Assembly: GCA_964571085.1 (NCBI GenBank)
Contig: CAZMZT010000001.1
Coordinates: 18,719-82,718, forward strand
Direction of reading: 5' to 3'
From: an uncultured Candidatus Saccharibacteria bacterium
Lineage (GTDB): Bacteria > Patescibacteriota > Minisyncoccia > Phycocordibacterales > UBA9973
DNA: 64,000 bases
Position 1 is the stretch's first letter; every line of letters begins with the position of its first letter. Positions 29,401 through 37,181 of the stretch are shown piece by piece. The position numbers and the translations under genes are program-made. Under the pieces are notes generated by a model. The model made no database searches and was not told the DNA's origin. It saw only the letters and a program-made list of their open reading frames with translations.

Positions 29401-32400
29401 TGGTGGAACAAATACACCACTTGGTACCACTGGTGGGGGAACACTTATCGCAAGTGGAGGAGCCCTAGATCTCAACGGTTTTACTCTGGGAACAGCTGAA
29501 GCTATAACATCTTTAGCAGGAACAGGTTTCGGTGCTTCTGGTAGTAGTAACATGGGTGCTATTATGAATAGCTCAGCTTCACCCGTGAGTTACAGCGGAG
29601 CTCTGACTCTTACCGCCGCCGCTCGTATCAATGCCGATGCTGGAGCTCTCACTATTAGTGGTAATGCATCAGGAAACTTTGCTCTAACTTTCGCTGGCTT
29701 TAGCAATGTTACTTATTCAGGAGTACGTTCTGGTACTAGTACTATCGTAAAAGTTGGAGTAAATACACTGACCCTTTCAAACGGAAGCTCGTCTTATACA
29801 GGTCTAACTACTATCAGTGAAGGTACTGTAAAAGTTGGCGCAGCATCAGTCGGTGGAACAAACTCACCGCTAGGCACAACTGGAGCTGCCACTACTGTAG
29901 CTCTCGGTTCTCGCCTTGATCTTAATGGATTTAACCTAGGAATAGCAGAACCACTAACTCTAAACGGTGTCGGGTATGGGCTCGGAGACTTTGCGAGTGG
30001 TGCTCTCATGAATAGCTCAGGAACTTCTGTGACCTATACTGGGCTTATCACACTCGGCTCGGCATCTACTATTAAAGCTGATTCAGGGAATATTAGCTTA
30101 ACAGCTGCTGGTACCATATCAGGGAATACTTTTGGTCTAACTATTGGAGGAGAGGGTACGGGCACACTTTCAAGTATTATAGGTACAACATCAGGAACAG
30201 TTACAAAAATAGGTTCTGGCACTTGGACACTTTCTGGACAGAGTACTTTTACTGGTGCGACATCTGTTAACCTTGGAACCCTAAAACTCGGAGTAAGTGG
30301 GGGAGCAACAAACAGTCCTCTCGGCACTACAGGTGCTGGTACGACTGTTTATACTGGTGCAGCTCTAGATTTCAATGGCTTTACTATGAGTACGGCCGAA
30401 GCTTTAGCGATTAATGGACGAGGAATTAATGACGGAGGAGCATTTATCGGGAGTAGTGGTACCTTTAGTGGCGCTATTACTCAAGGTACAGATTCTCGCA
30501 TTGTAAATGCTTCTGGAACATTGACACTTTCTGCTGCAGTTGGAGGAGCATTTGCTCTATATATAGGAGGTGCAGGTAATATTACTACTAGTGCTGTTTT
30601 TGCTGCAAGTGCTCTCTCTATTACAAAACAAGGTGCAGGGACTATGACTGTAACAGGAGCTAATTTATATACTGGAATCACACGTGTTGATGCTGGCACA
30701 TTTGCTTATGCAGCTACCACTACTCTTGTCGGTACAAACTTGATAATGAATGGAGGTACATTTAATAATGGAGCAAATGCTGACACTATCGGTACGGTCA
30801 CACTTATCGGTGGAGTTATTACCAACTCAGCAGCGCTCACAGCAGCGACTTCATATACTCTAGAGAGTGGAACTATTAGTGGAATTATCGCTGGTGCAAT
30901 TCCTGTAATAAAAAATACAAACAATACTGTTACACTCACTGGTGTGAATACTATAAGTAGTAGTACTACAATCAATGCCGGAACACTTACTATAAGTGGC
31001 TCAGGTTCAGCAACAGCCACTACTATTACTGTAAACCTAGGTGGTACACTAACTCTAGACAACAGTACCACTGCTGTCGCTAGTCGCCTGGGCGATGCGC
31101 TTGCCCTTACTATGAACGGAGGTAACTTCAACTTTATCGGTAATTCTGCTGCAGCTTCTTCTGAAACTACAGGAGCGCTCACTCTATCAACTGGTCATAA
31201 TGTGGTGACAGTTACTCCTGGTGCTGGAGGTTCAACAACTATGACGTTTGCAAGTCTTGCCCGTACGGCTGGAGCGACTGTCCTCTTCCGTGGTACAAGT
31301 TTGGGATCCAACGCAGCATCCAATGTTTCTACTCTAGTATTTACTGCTACACCAACCCTAACAGGGGCAGGTGGCGCGTCTGGGTCAGCGACAGTTAGTG
31401 TCATCAAGGGTGCATACGGCGATAGCTCTCTCTCTGGAACAGGTTCTGATATGGTTACATACCAGGGTGGAGTAGGACTCCGCTTGCTAAATGGCGCTGG
31501 ATTTGCCAATGAATACAGTGGTGACTTCCAAACTGCCAATGCCAATGTAAAGCTCACAGCTGACCGTCCAGCAGTAGCTACCAACACCAACTCACTCATA
31601 CTCAATGGCTTTAGTGTTACTAACCCTGGTGGAGCAGTTACAATACCCATGGCTTCTGCTTCGCTCGCTGGAAACATCCTGATCAACTCCGCAAACAACA
31701 TCGCTGGTGCAAACACAACTTTAGGTATTACAACATTTGAGCTTGATATCTTGGCTACAGCTAACTCCACCATCTCAGCTATTATCGGTACGGCAACGAC
31801 TGGTTCAGTAGTCTTGAGTGGGACTGGCAATGTCACCTTAAGCGCAGCCAACCCTTATACAAGTACAACATTTATTAACGGCGCCACTCTTACCGCTGGA
31901 GCAAGCAATGTGTTATCAAGCGGGGGAGTGACTATGAAAGGTGGTTTGTATAATCTCAATGGCAATTCAGATACTATAGGGGCTCTTACTCTTACTGCTG
32001 GTAGTGTATCTACAGGAGCAGGAACACTAACACTAGGAGGAACAGTGACAACTATAGCCAATGCCAACTTCACTTCACTTATAACAGGGAACTTGGGCCT
32101 CGGCGCAGCTAGAACATTTGATATTGGCGACGGGCTTATGGACAATGATGCGATTATTACTGCGGTAATAAGTGGTGCTTTCGCTCCAACAAAAAGTACT
32201 GGTGCCGGAGTGTTAATGTTTTCTGGCGACAATACTTACTCTGGTTTAACTACAATTAGTGCTGGAACATTACGTCTCGGTGCAGCTGGTGGAGTAACCA
32301 ACACACCACTTGGGACAACGGTTGCAGGAACAACAGTATCTGGTGCAAGCTCGGCCCTCGACTTGAATGGATTCACTCTAGGCACTACCGAGGCTCTGAC

Positions 32401-35400
32401 TTTATCTGGAGCTTTGGCAACAGGTGCACTACAAAATACTTCTAGTACATCTGTGAACTATAGTGGGCTAGTTACTCTGGGTGCTGCTAGTACTATTATT
32501 GCTAACTATGGAGATATAAATATTACAAATACTGGTAACATAACCGGTAACACATTTGGACTAACTATAGGAGGTGCAGGGAATGGAACACTCGCAAGCA
32601 ACCTAAATACTACAACTGGAACTCTAACAAAAAATGGCCTCGGCCTCTGGACTATATCTGGTGGAGCTAGTACATTTACAGGTCTTACTACTATCAGTGC
32701 TGGTACTTTAAAGCTCGGCTCTGCAGGGAGTGGGTCAAATACACCACTCGGTACAAATGCCGGGGGAATCACTATCACCTCTGGAGCGGTCTTTGATGTT
32801 AATGGATTCACTTTAGCTACAGCAGAACCAATTGGATCTTTGAATGGAACAGGTCTTGCAAGTATTGGGGCCTTTATAAATAGTTCCAATAGCAGTGTGT
32901 CTTATAGTGGTGCAATTACTCTCGGCACAGCCTCCCGTATTGTAAATCATGGTACTGGAACTATGACAATAAGTGGCAATATCTCAGGAAACTTTGCCCT
33001 TACAATAGTTGCTGTAGGTAATTTTACTCAGGCTACTAATAGTGTTCGCTCAGGTTCTAGTACAATAATAAAAGAAGGATCAGGTACATTAATTTTAGGA
33101 GGGCAGAATAGCTTCACTGGTGCTGTTACGGTAAGTACTGGAAAGCTCCAGCTTGGAGCAAATGGAGGTGTAACAAATACTCCGCTTGGTACCATAGCAG
33201 GAGGTGTGATTGTATCTGCTGGAGCAGTTCTAGATCTCTCTACTTTTACAGCTGGTGGAGCTTCAACTTGGGAGCCTCTAACTCTAGCTGGTAGTGGTAT
33301 CCTAAACGGCGGAGCACTGATAAGTAACTCTTCAACTGGCAGTACTTTCGCCACTGTTGCCCAGACAACTACACGCATTGTAAACAATGGTGCAGGGACC
33401 CTTACATTTACAGGAGCAGTTACTGGAGCTTCTGCTCTTTGGATAGGTGGAACAGGTAATACGACAATATCAGGAGCACTAAACACTGCTGGTATTCTGC
33501 TTACTAAATACGGTGCTGGTAGTCTGACTCTAAGTAGTGCTGTAAATATAAACACCTCACTCGTTCGTATTAACGAAGGGACACTTGTCTACGGAGTAGC
33601 CGATGCACTATCTACACCACCCGTAACTATAGCTGGAGGAACTCTAAATTTGAATGGATTCAATGAAACCAACATCGGGTTGATCACTATGATCGATGGA
33701 TCTATTGTGAATACTGGGGGAGCAGGAACATTAGTCTCTACAGCAACAGCTACTGTTGAAAAAGGCACAATCAGCGCTGTGATTGCTAGTACAGTATCAA
33801 CATTACTTACAAAAAACAGCGCCGGGAGATTCATAATGTCAGGTAACAATACTTTTACAAGTACTGCTATTACATTTAATGCTGGGTATATAAAACTTCA
33901 ACATAGCAACGCACTCGGTGCTGCTGGAACTGCACTTGCATCCACTATTTCTGCTGGGGCAACTCTAGAGCTTGAAAATGGTATTACAATACCAAGCACC
34001 AAAACCATAACAGCCAATGGTACTGGTATGATCAACACTGGTGCTATTAGAAATGTAAGCGGCACAAACTCGATAGGAGCAAACCTGACTTTAGGATCAA
34101 CCAACGTACGTGTGAACTCGGACAGCGGAGCTCTTACTATACCTACGGTGTCTGGTAACACATTTAACTTGATAGCCGGTGGTGCTGGAGACACAGCGAT
34201 CACTGGTGCGATCAGTACGACAAGTGGAAATCTGACTAAAGATGGTGCTGGTACACTCACACTTTCTGGAGTCAACACATTTTCTCGTGCTACAAATATA
34301 ATTTCTGGAACAGTTGTAGCCAACTCTACTAGTGCACTTGGTGATGCAAGCTCTACCAACACTTTGATTTTCAACGGTGGAACATTGCAAGCTTCAGGAG
34401 ACATCACATCTATATCTAGTCGTGCAGTAACCTTAAACTCAGGCGGGGGCACTATCGATACAAATGGTAACGCCGTAAGTATCGCCGGAACTGTAGGATC
34501 AATAGGAGGACTCACTAAAACCGGGGCTGGTACTCTGATCATAACTGGGGTCACTACTATCGGCGGGGACCTGACTATTTCTACAGGTACTTTTGTAGCA
34601 CCAACAAGTCTAACTATAAGCGGTGACCTCGATAATAGTGGCACATTTACGCATAGTAACGGTACTGTCACTATAGTACCTACAAGTCCTACACTCACTA
34701 CAAACATCCTAGGTAGTTCTGATACTACTTTCTATAATTTCACTAATACTACTGCTGGCTCAACTCTACAATTTAGAGAAGGCAACACTTATACTTTTGC
34801 AAATGTCTTCACACTGACAGGAGCTGACGGGAACCCTATCTCGATAAACTCTGACACTCCTGATTCACAATGGCTTATGACGCTGTCAGGCTCAGCTTCT
34901 ATGTCTTATATAAAAGTAAAAGACAGTGGTTGTGTTGGTGGTAACAATGTAGGAGCGAGTAGCACTATAATCGATTACGGTAACAATGGCTCATGTTGGC
35001 AATTTATTGCTGTAATTAAAAGTGGTGGTGGCGTTGTTGAAGCTTCTGCTCCTCCAGATGGAGATGTCGGTGGTGGTGGAGGAGGAGGTAGCGGTGGTGG
35101 AGGAGCAACCAATGCAATAGCTACCGCAGTAGTGTCTTCTAATGTTGTACAGAGTGTCACTATAAATGCTGGAGGTAGTGGTTATACATCTGTACCAACT
35201 GTACTATTTTGTGGCGGTGGTGGAACTGGAGCTCTTGGAACCGCAGTTCTGACTAGTGGGGCAGTGTCTAGTGTTACAGTAGATAATGGGGGATCAGGAT
35301 ATTCTAGTGCCCCTACTGTAGTATTCAATAGTAACTGTCCTACAACTGGTGGAGGCGGCGGTGGAGGCGGCGGTGGCGACATAGGGTTCATATATAAAAT

Positions 35401-35461
35401 AAAGCGAATGTTTGCTTTCTTAGAAAATTTTGGCTTTAATAGTATTAAAAATTATATATAG
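26489..35461 (+). CDS. Giant (2990 aa) secreted protein with autotransporter-associated beta-strand repeats (PATR), a putative adhesin. It uses a GTG start.
   Basis: A signal peptide is present. The N-terminal 'IRTWTGTASGSWSNPSNWGGTAPVTGDDLVFPG' is the classic PATR lead-in. It has dozens of 'TLTLSG.N.YTG.TTI..GTL.LG' repeats. No C-terminal beta-barrel, LPXTG or TM was seen. Confidence 0.8.
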   Translation: MKKFFVNSIKLFAIIFIVGFLCFGFKPSNADAAIRTWTGTASGSWSNPSNWGGTAPVTGDDLVFPGGASNLSNTNDLIENTIINSITLSGSGYTLSGNSIILGPGLAGITDSASSGGNTIALNIRLGATRDIIVTNTAETLTISGTIAGVGGINKEGTGKIVLSGGNKFGGILKINVGVVNAQSNTALGTIAAGTEVVGGAALELQGNIDISYEALALRGYGVSNTGALRNISGTNTYRGLITLSSAGGTEIASDSGTLTITGGTTGNAPLVFDGSGNMVFSTAPIAGSGAITKNGSGTVTYNFPNTNTGLLTINAGTILYGVDNAILTSAITITGGTLDVATYSDMVGTVTLGTLDLASGTITGSTGILSSAAFTLYNGTISAIIAGDGGALTKSTTGTVVITRPNQYTGATTISAGILEIQDSTSLGLIDGITTVAAGATLQINGDGLSIPEYITFSGTGHLYTGAIRNRTGDNTLTGLLTLGAAAMIESDVSTTLTIDSKGLSATTLGLTVGGAGNTTFTSTAPIYGTSATLTKNDTGVLTIESFSNFTGATNLLRGEVVLGSYGAIPRSTITIGSGGELTLDNTSTTILDRVSDTAALTMNGGSLNFIGNPSSLASETIGALTIASGHNTVTVTPGAGGPTTMTFASLSRTAGATVLFRGTKLGSSPGPNISTIMFTTTPAVLGAGGAAGTTTTSVIKGAFGDNSLSGTGSDMVVHNLGNTNGLRLLNGAGFSGEYAFTLATNANVKLNADTVASTASINSLILDGFSITNPGSAQTITLSSGSLAGNILMNSATSIAGANTTLGITTNHLDILTTASATISAVIGTAVAGSVAISGTGSVTASTANLYTGTTFINNATLFAGATNILSSGGVTVVGGTYDLGNFSDTVGAVTLQNGTITSGSGTLSGTSYSLREGTVSAILGGGAAAVTRVATSAAADSVVTLTRDNTYTGTTTITSGILRLGATGGGTNTPLGTTGGGTLIASGGALDLNGFTLGTAEAITSLAGTGFGASGSSNMGAIMNSSASPVSYSGALTLTAAARINADAGALTISGNASGNFALTFAGFSNVTYSGVRSGTSTIVKVGVNTLTLSNGSSSYTGLTTISEGTVKVGAASVGGTNSPLGTTGAATTVALGSRLDLNGFNLGIAEPLTLNGVGYGLGDFASGALMNSSGTSVTYTGLITLGSASTIKADSGNISLTAAGTISGNTFGLTIGGEGTGTLSSIIGTTSGTVTKIGSGTWTLSGQSTFTGATSVNLGTLKLGVSGGATNSPLGTTGAGTTVYTGAALDFNGFTMSTAEALAINGRGINDGGAFIGSSGTFSGAITQGTDSRIVNASGTLTLSAAVGGAFALYIGGAGNITTSAVFAASALSITKQGAGTMTVTGANLYTGITRVDAGTFAYAATTTLVGTNLIMNGGTFNNGANADTIGTVTLIGGVITNSAALTAATSYTLESGTISGIIAGAIPVIKNTNNTVTLTGVNTISSSTTINAGTLTISGSGSATATTITVNLGGTLTLDNSTTAVASRLGDALALTMNGGNFNFIGNSAAASSETTGALTLSTGHNVVTVTPGAGGSTTMTFASLARTAGATVLFRGTSLGSNAASNVSTLVFTATPTLTGAGGASGSATVSVIKGAYGDSSLSGTGSDMVTYQGGVGLRLLNGAGFANEYSGDFQTANANVKLTADRPAVATNTNSLILNGFSVTNPGGAVTIPMASASLAGNILINSANNIAGANTTLGITTFELDILATANSTISAIIGTATTGSVVLSGTGNVTLSAANPYTSTTFINGATLTAGASNVLSSGGVTMKGGLYNLNGNSDTIGALTLTAGSVSTGAGTLTLGGTVTTIANANFTSLITGNLGLGAARTFDIGDGLMDNDAIITAVISGAFAPTKSTGAGVLMFSGDNTYSGLTTISAGTLRLGAAGGVTNTPLGTTVAGTTVSGASSALDLNGFTLGTTEALTLSGALATGALQNTSSTSVNYSGLVTLGAASTIIANYGDINITNTGNITGNTFGLTIGGAGNGTLASNLNTTTGTLTKNGLGLWTISGGASTFTGLTTISAGTLKLGSAGSGSNTPLGTNAGGITITSGAVFDVNGFTLATAEPIGSLNGTGLASIGAFINSSNSSVSYSGAITLGTASRIVNHGTGTMTISGNISGNFALTIVAVGNFTQATNSVRSGSSTIIKEGSGTLILGGQNSFTGAVTVSTGKLQLGANGGVTNTPLGTIAGGVIVSAGAVLDLSTFTAGGASTWEPLTLAGSGILNGGALISNSSTGSTFATVAQTTTRIVNNGAGTLTFTGAVTGASALWIGGTGNTTISGALNTAGILLTKYGAGSLTLSSAVNINTSLVRINEGTLVYGVADALSTPPVTIAGGTLNLNGFNETNIGLITMIDGSIVNTGGAGTLVSTATATVEKGTISAVIASTVSTLLTKNSAGRFIMSGNNTFTSTAITFNAGYIKLQHSNALGAAGTALASTISAGATLELENGITIPSTKTITANGTGMINTGAIRNVSGTNSIGANLTLGSTNVRVNSDSGALTIPTVSGNTFNLIAGGAGDTAITGAISTTSGNLTKDGAGTLTLSGVNTFSRATNIISGTVVANSTSALGDASSTNTLIFNGGTLQASGDITSISSRAVTLNSGGGTIDTNGNAVSIAGTVGSIGGLTKTGAGTLIITGVTTIGGDLTISTGTFVAPTSLTISGDLDNSGTFTHSNGTVTIVPTSPTLTTNILGSSDTTFYNFTNTTAGSTLQFREGNTYTFANVFTLTGADGNPISINSDTPDSQWLMTLSGSASMSYIKVKDSGCVGGNNVGASSTIIDYGNNGSCWQFIAVIKSGGGVVEASAPPDGDVGGGGGGGSGGGGATNAIATAVVSSNVVQSVTINAGGSGYTSVPTVLFCGGGGTGALGTAVLTSGAVSSVTVDNGGSGYSSAPTVVFNSNCPTTGGGGGGGGGGDIGFIYKIKRMFAFLENFGFNSIKNYI
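28241..29225 (+). repeat. Copy 1 of a roughly 320-aa intragenic duplication within the PATR gene.
   Basis: It is protein-level collinear with 31052..32045 ('...ALTMNGG.(L/F)NFIGN....SET.GALT...GHN.VTVTPGAGG.TTMTFASL.RTAGATVLFRGT...'). Nucleotide identity is roughly 75%. Confidence 0.7.
31052..32045 (+). repeat. Copy 2 of the intragenic duplication.
   Basis: See copy 1. Confidence 0.7.
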
Positions 35462-35510
35462 TACTCATAGACACCAGAGCTCTTTAATTGCTGAAACTAC
35501 CTGTTTATCA

Positions 35511-35516
35511 TATAAT
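35511..35516 (+). promoter_or_regulatory. -10 box TATAAT immediately after the shared ACCTGTTTATCA motif, upstream of the surface-cluster operon.
   Basis: 'ACCTGTTTATCATATAATagc', 15 nt before the ATG at 35531. Confidence 0.45.
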
Positions 35517-35530
35517 AGCTTAGTAACTCT

Positions 35531-36031
35531 ATGGAAGATAAAAACACAATTAAAATAAACGCTCTTCCTTATGTAGAGGAGCCTCCTACCGTTCCTGGGC
35601 TAAAACCTAAAAAGAGATCAATGTCCAAGCAAAAACTTATAAATAGGGTGTTGTTGGTAGTCTTGTTGATAGCGATAGGTTTCGGGGGGTATTTTTACTA
35701 TAGACTCAGCTCTCTACAAAAGAACCCTACAGCAGAAGCTTCCAAGGAAGCAAAAGACCTGCTCGGCAGGGTAGCAAAGATCTACCTTATCCCAACCGGA
35801 GAAGAGCCAACAGTAGCAACCGTCTCTGACCCAGAAAAGTTGAAAGACCAATCGTTCTTCTCTGGAGCACAAAAAGGAGACAAAGTACTTATATTTTCAC
35901 AGTCAGGCAAAGCCGTGCTATACAGACCTAGTATAAACAAGATCATTGAGGTTGCTCCTATAAATAATAAAAATGATAAACCAACAACACAAGAAAAATC
36001 AACAGGTCCTCTTCAAGACAAAACATTTTAA
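35531..36031 (+). CDS. Single-pass membrane protein (N-in) with a roughly 100-aa extracytoplasmic domain. It is the first gene of the surface cluster.
   Basis: A TM helix 'VLLVVLLIAIGFGGYFYY' follows a basic stretch. Confidence 0.5.
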   Translation: MEDKNTIKINALPYVEEPPTVPGLKPKKRSMSKQKLINRVLLVVLLIAIGFGGYFYYRLSSLQKNPTAEASKEAKDLLGRVAKIYLIPTGEEPTVATVSDPEKLKDQSFFSGAQKGDKVLIFSQSGKAVLYRPSINKIIEVAPINNKNDKPTTQEKSTGPLQDKTF

Positions 36032-37061
36032 TTGGATATTGGTTACAGTATTTGCCCTGTCTTCTTTTTATCCAATTTTCAACATATATGCGGCTCTTTC
36101 TTGTACTGTAACTACACAGGCATCATGTAATGGAAGTGGATATACCACACTTCTACGCATGTCTGGATCTACTAATGCTCACTCTGAACTCCCGAGTCAG
36201 TCCAATGTCAACTATGACGACGATGTAGTGTGTTGTTCTGGTGTTTCAACTATTGGTAACTCATGTAGTGCTTCTAACAAGCAAATATTTGCACGCATCT
36301 CAGGTTCGACAAATGGAACTATACAAGAGACAAGTGTAAACACTTACGGCACCAATGTCTGTTTGTCTGACTCTGTAGAGAACGACACTATCACTGTCGG
36401 TTATCAGAACTCCAACTGCTCTGGTTATGACACTACACTCGCTTCTATTTCTAGTTCAGACAATGCCCATGTAGGGGATGGCAGTGCATACACAAGGAAA
36501 ATCTGTGCGACGATAGTACAGCCAACTATAACTTTCGACCTCGACACTGCATCTGACTTTACAAATGGTGAGTCGACCGCTCCATACTTAGTTGAGCTTG
36601 GGGCTCTTTCTACTGGATCTGTAAATAATTCCAATGGGTCTAGCGTACGTATGATAGTAGCCGAAGGAGAAACCAATGCACCGGGTGGAATGGTAGTGAC
36701 TGTATATAATGCAGGTGGTGCTGATGGGCTACGGTCGGCATCGGTACCTACTGACAAGATTCCAAGCACTACAGGAACTATGTCTGCGGGTACAGCTCGA
36801 TACGGACTATGTGTTGCGACATCTGGACTTACAGGATTTTCTAGAGCAACAGGGTACAGTAGCGATTCTTGTTCACTAGGTTCTGGAACCAATGGTGTAA
36901 GGGCACTCTCATCAACTCCTACAGACATATTGAACTCAGGAGGTGGAACGCTGTCCGGTGGACATGCTGAAATAGTGGTCAATGCGACAATAAGCCCTAC
37001 AACTCCTTCTCATAATGACTATGAAGACTCACTTACATTCATTGCCACAGGGACTTTCTAG
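35973..37061 (+). CDS. Secreted beta-rich Ser/Thr/Gly-rich protein, paralog A. It is a candidate pilus/fibre subunit.
   Basis: A signal peptide is present. The C-terminal ~170 aa align with the 37182 product and both end in 'NDYxDxITFIATxTF'. The 5' end overlaps the upstream gene by 59 nt, so the true start may be downstream. Confidence 0.6.
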   Translation: MINQQHKKNQQVLFKTKHFNWILVTVFALSSFYPIFNIYAALSCTVTTQASCNGSGYTTLLRMSGSTNAHSELPSQSNVNYDDDVVCCSGVSTIGNSCSASNKQIFARISGSTNGTIQETSVNTYGTNVCLSDSVENDTITVGYQNSNCSGYDTTLASISSSDNAHVGDGSAYTRKICATIVQPTITFDLDTASDFTNGESTAPYLVELGALSTGSVNNSNGSSVRMIVAEGETNAPGGMVVTVYNAGGADGLRSASVPTDKIPSTTGTMSAGTARYGLCVATSGLTGFSRATGYSSDSCSLGSGTNGVRALSSTPTDILNSGGGTLSGGHAEIVVNATISPTTPSHNDYEDSLTFIATGTF

Positions 37062-37065
37062 TATC

Positions 37066-37079
37066 AAGTTATCCACAAT
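37066..37079. promoter_or_regulatory. Second copy of the 14-mer AAGTTATCCACAAT (DnaA-box consensus).
   Basis: It is an exact match to 15528..15541, 5 nt after a stop codon. Confidence 0.4.
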
Positions 37080-37148
37080 GCTTATTTACGTATCTTTTAA
37101 GGATATTTTATGGTAAAATAAGGCTATAAATCTTATTATAAAAGTTTA

Positions 37149-37168
37149 TTAATTATTAATTATTAATT
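37149..37168. repeat. Tandem TTAATTA x3 microsatellite in an AT-rich intergenic region.
   Basis: The sequence reads 'TTAATTATTAATTATTAATT'. Confidence 0.6.
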
Positions 37169-37181
37169 CAGTAGTTATATT

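Noticed and set aside
26473-34707. Many long antisense ORFs inside the giant genes (for example 26473..27114 -, 28186..29025 -, 31195..31851 -, 33028..33555 -, 33898..34707 -, and 17905..18213 - in the fibre gene).
   Set aside because: They are shadow ORFs opposite Gly/Thr/Ala-rich repetitive coding sequence. Their products are Pro/Val/Ala-rich low-complexity with no starts in sensible context. The sense-strand giant ORFs explain the region.
15611-35461. Possible CRISPR array or IS elements accounting for the repetitiveness.
   Set aside because: The repeats are in-frame protein-coding modules with diverged DNA (about 75-80% identity). There are no short identical direct repeats with unique spacers. 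No transposase or Cas genes were seen.
26489-35461. Classical type V autotransporter.
   Set aside because: PATR repeats are present, but there is no C-terminal beta-barrel translocator domain of about 300 aa. The organism also shows no clear outer-membrane machinery in this window.
15528-37079. Chromosomal origin (oriC), based on the perfect DnaA boxes.
   Set aside because: There are only isolated boxes, with no clustering, no AT-rich DUE and no dnaA/dnaN nearby. A regulatory site is more likely.
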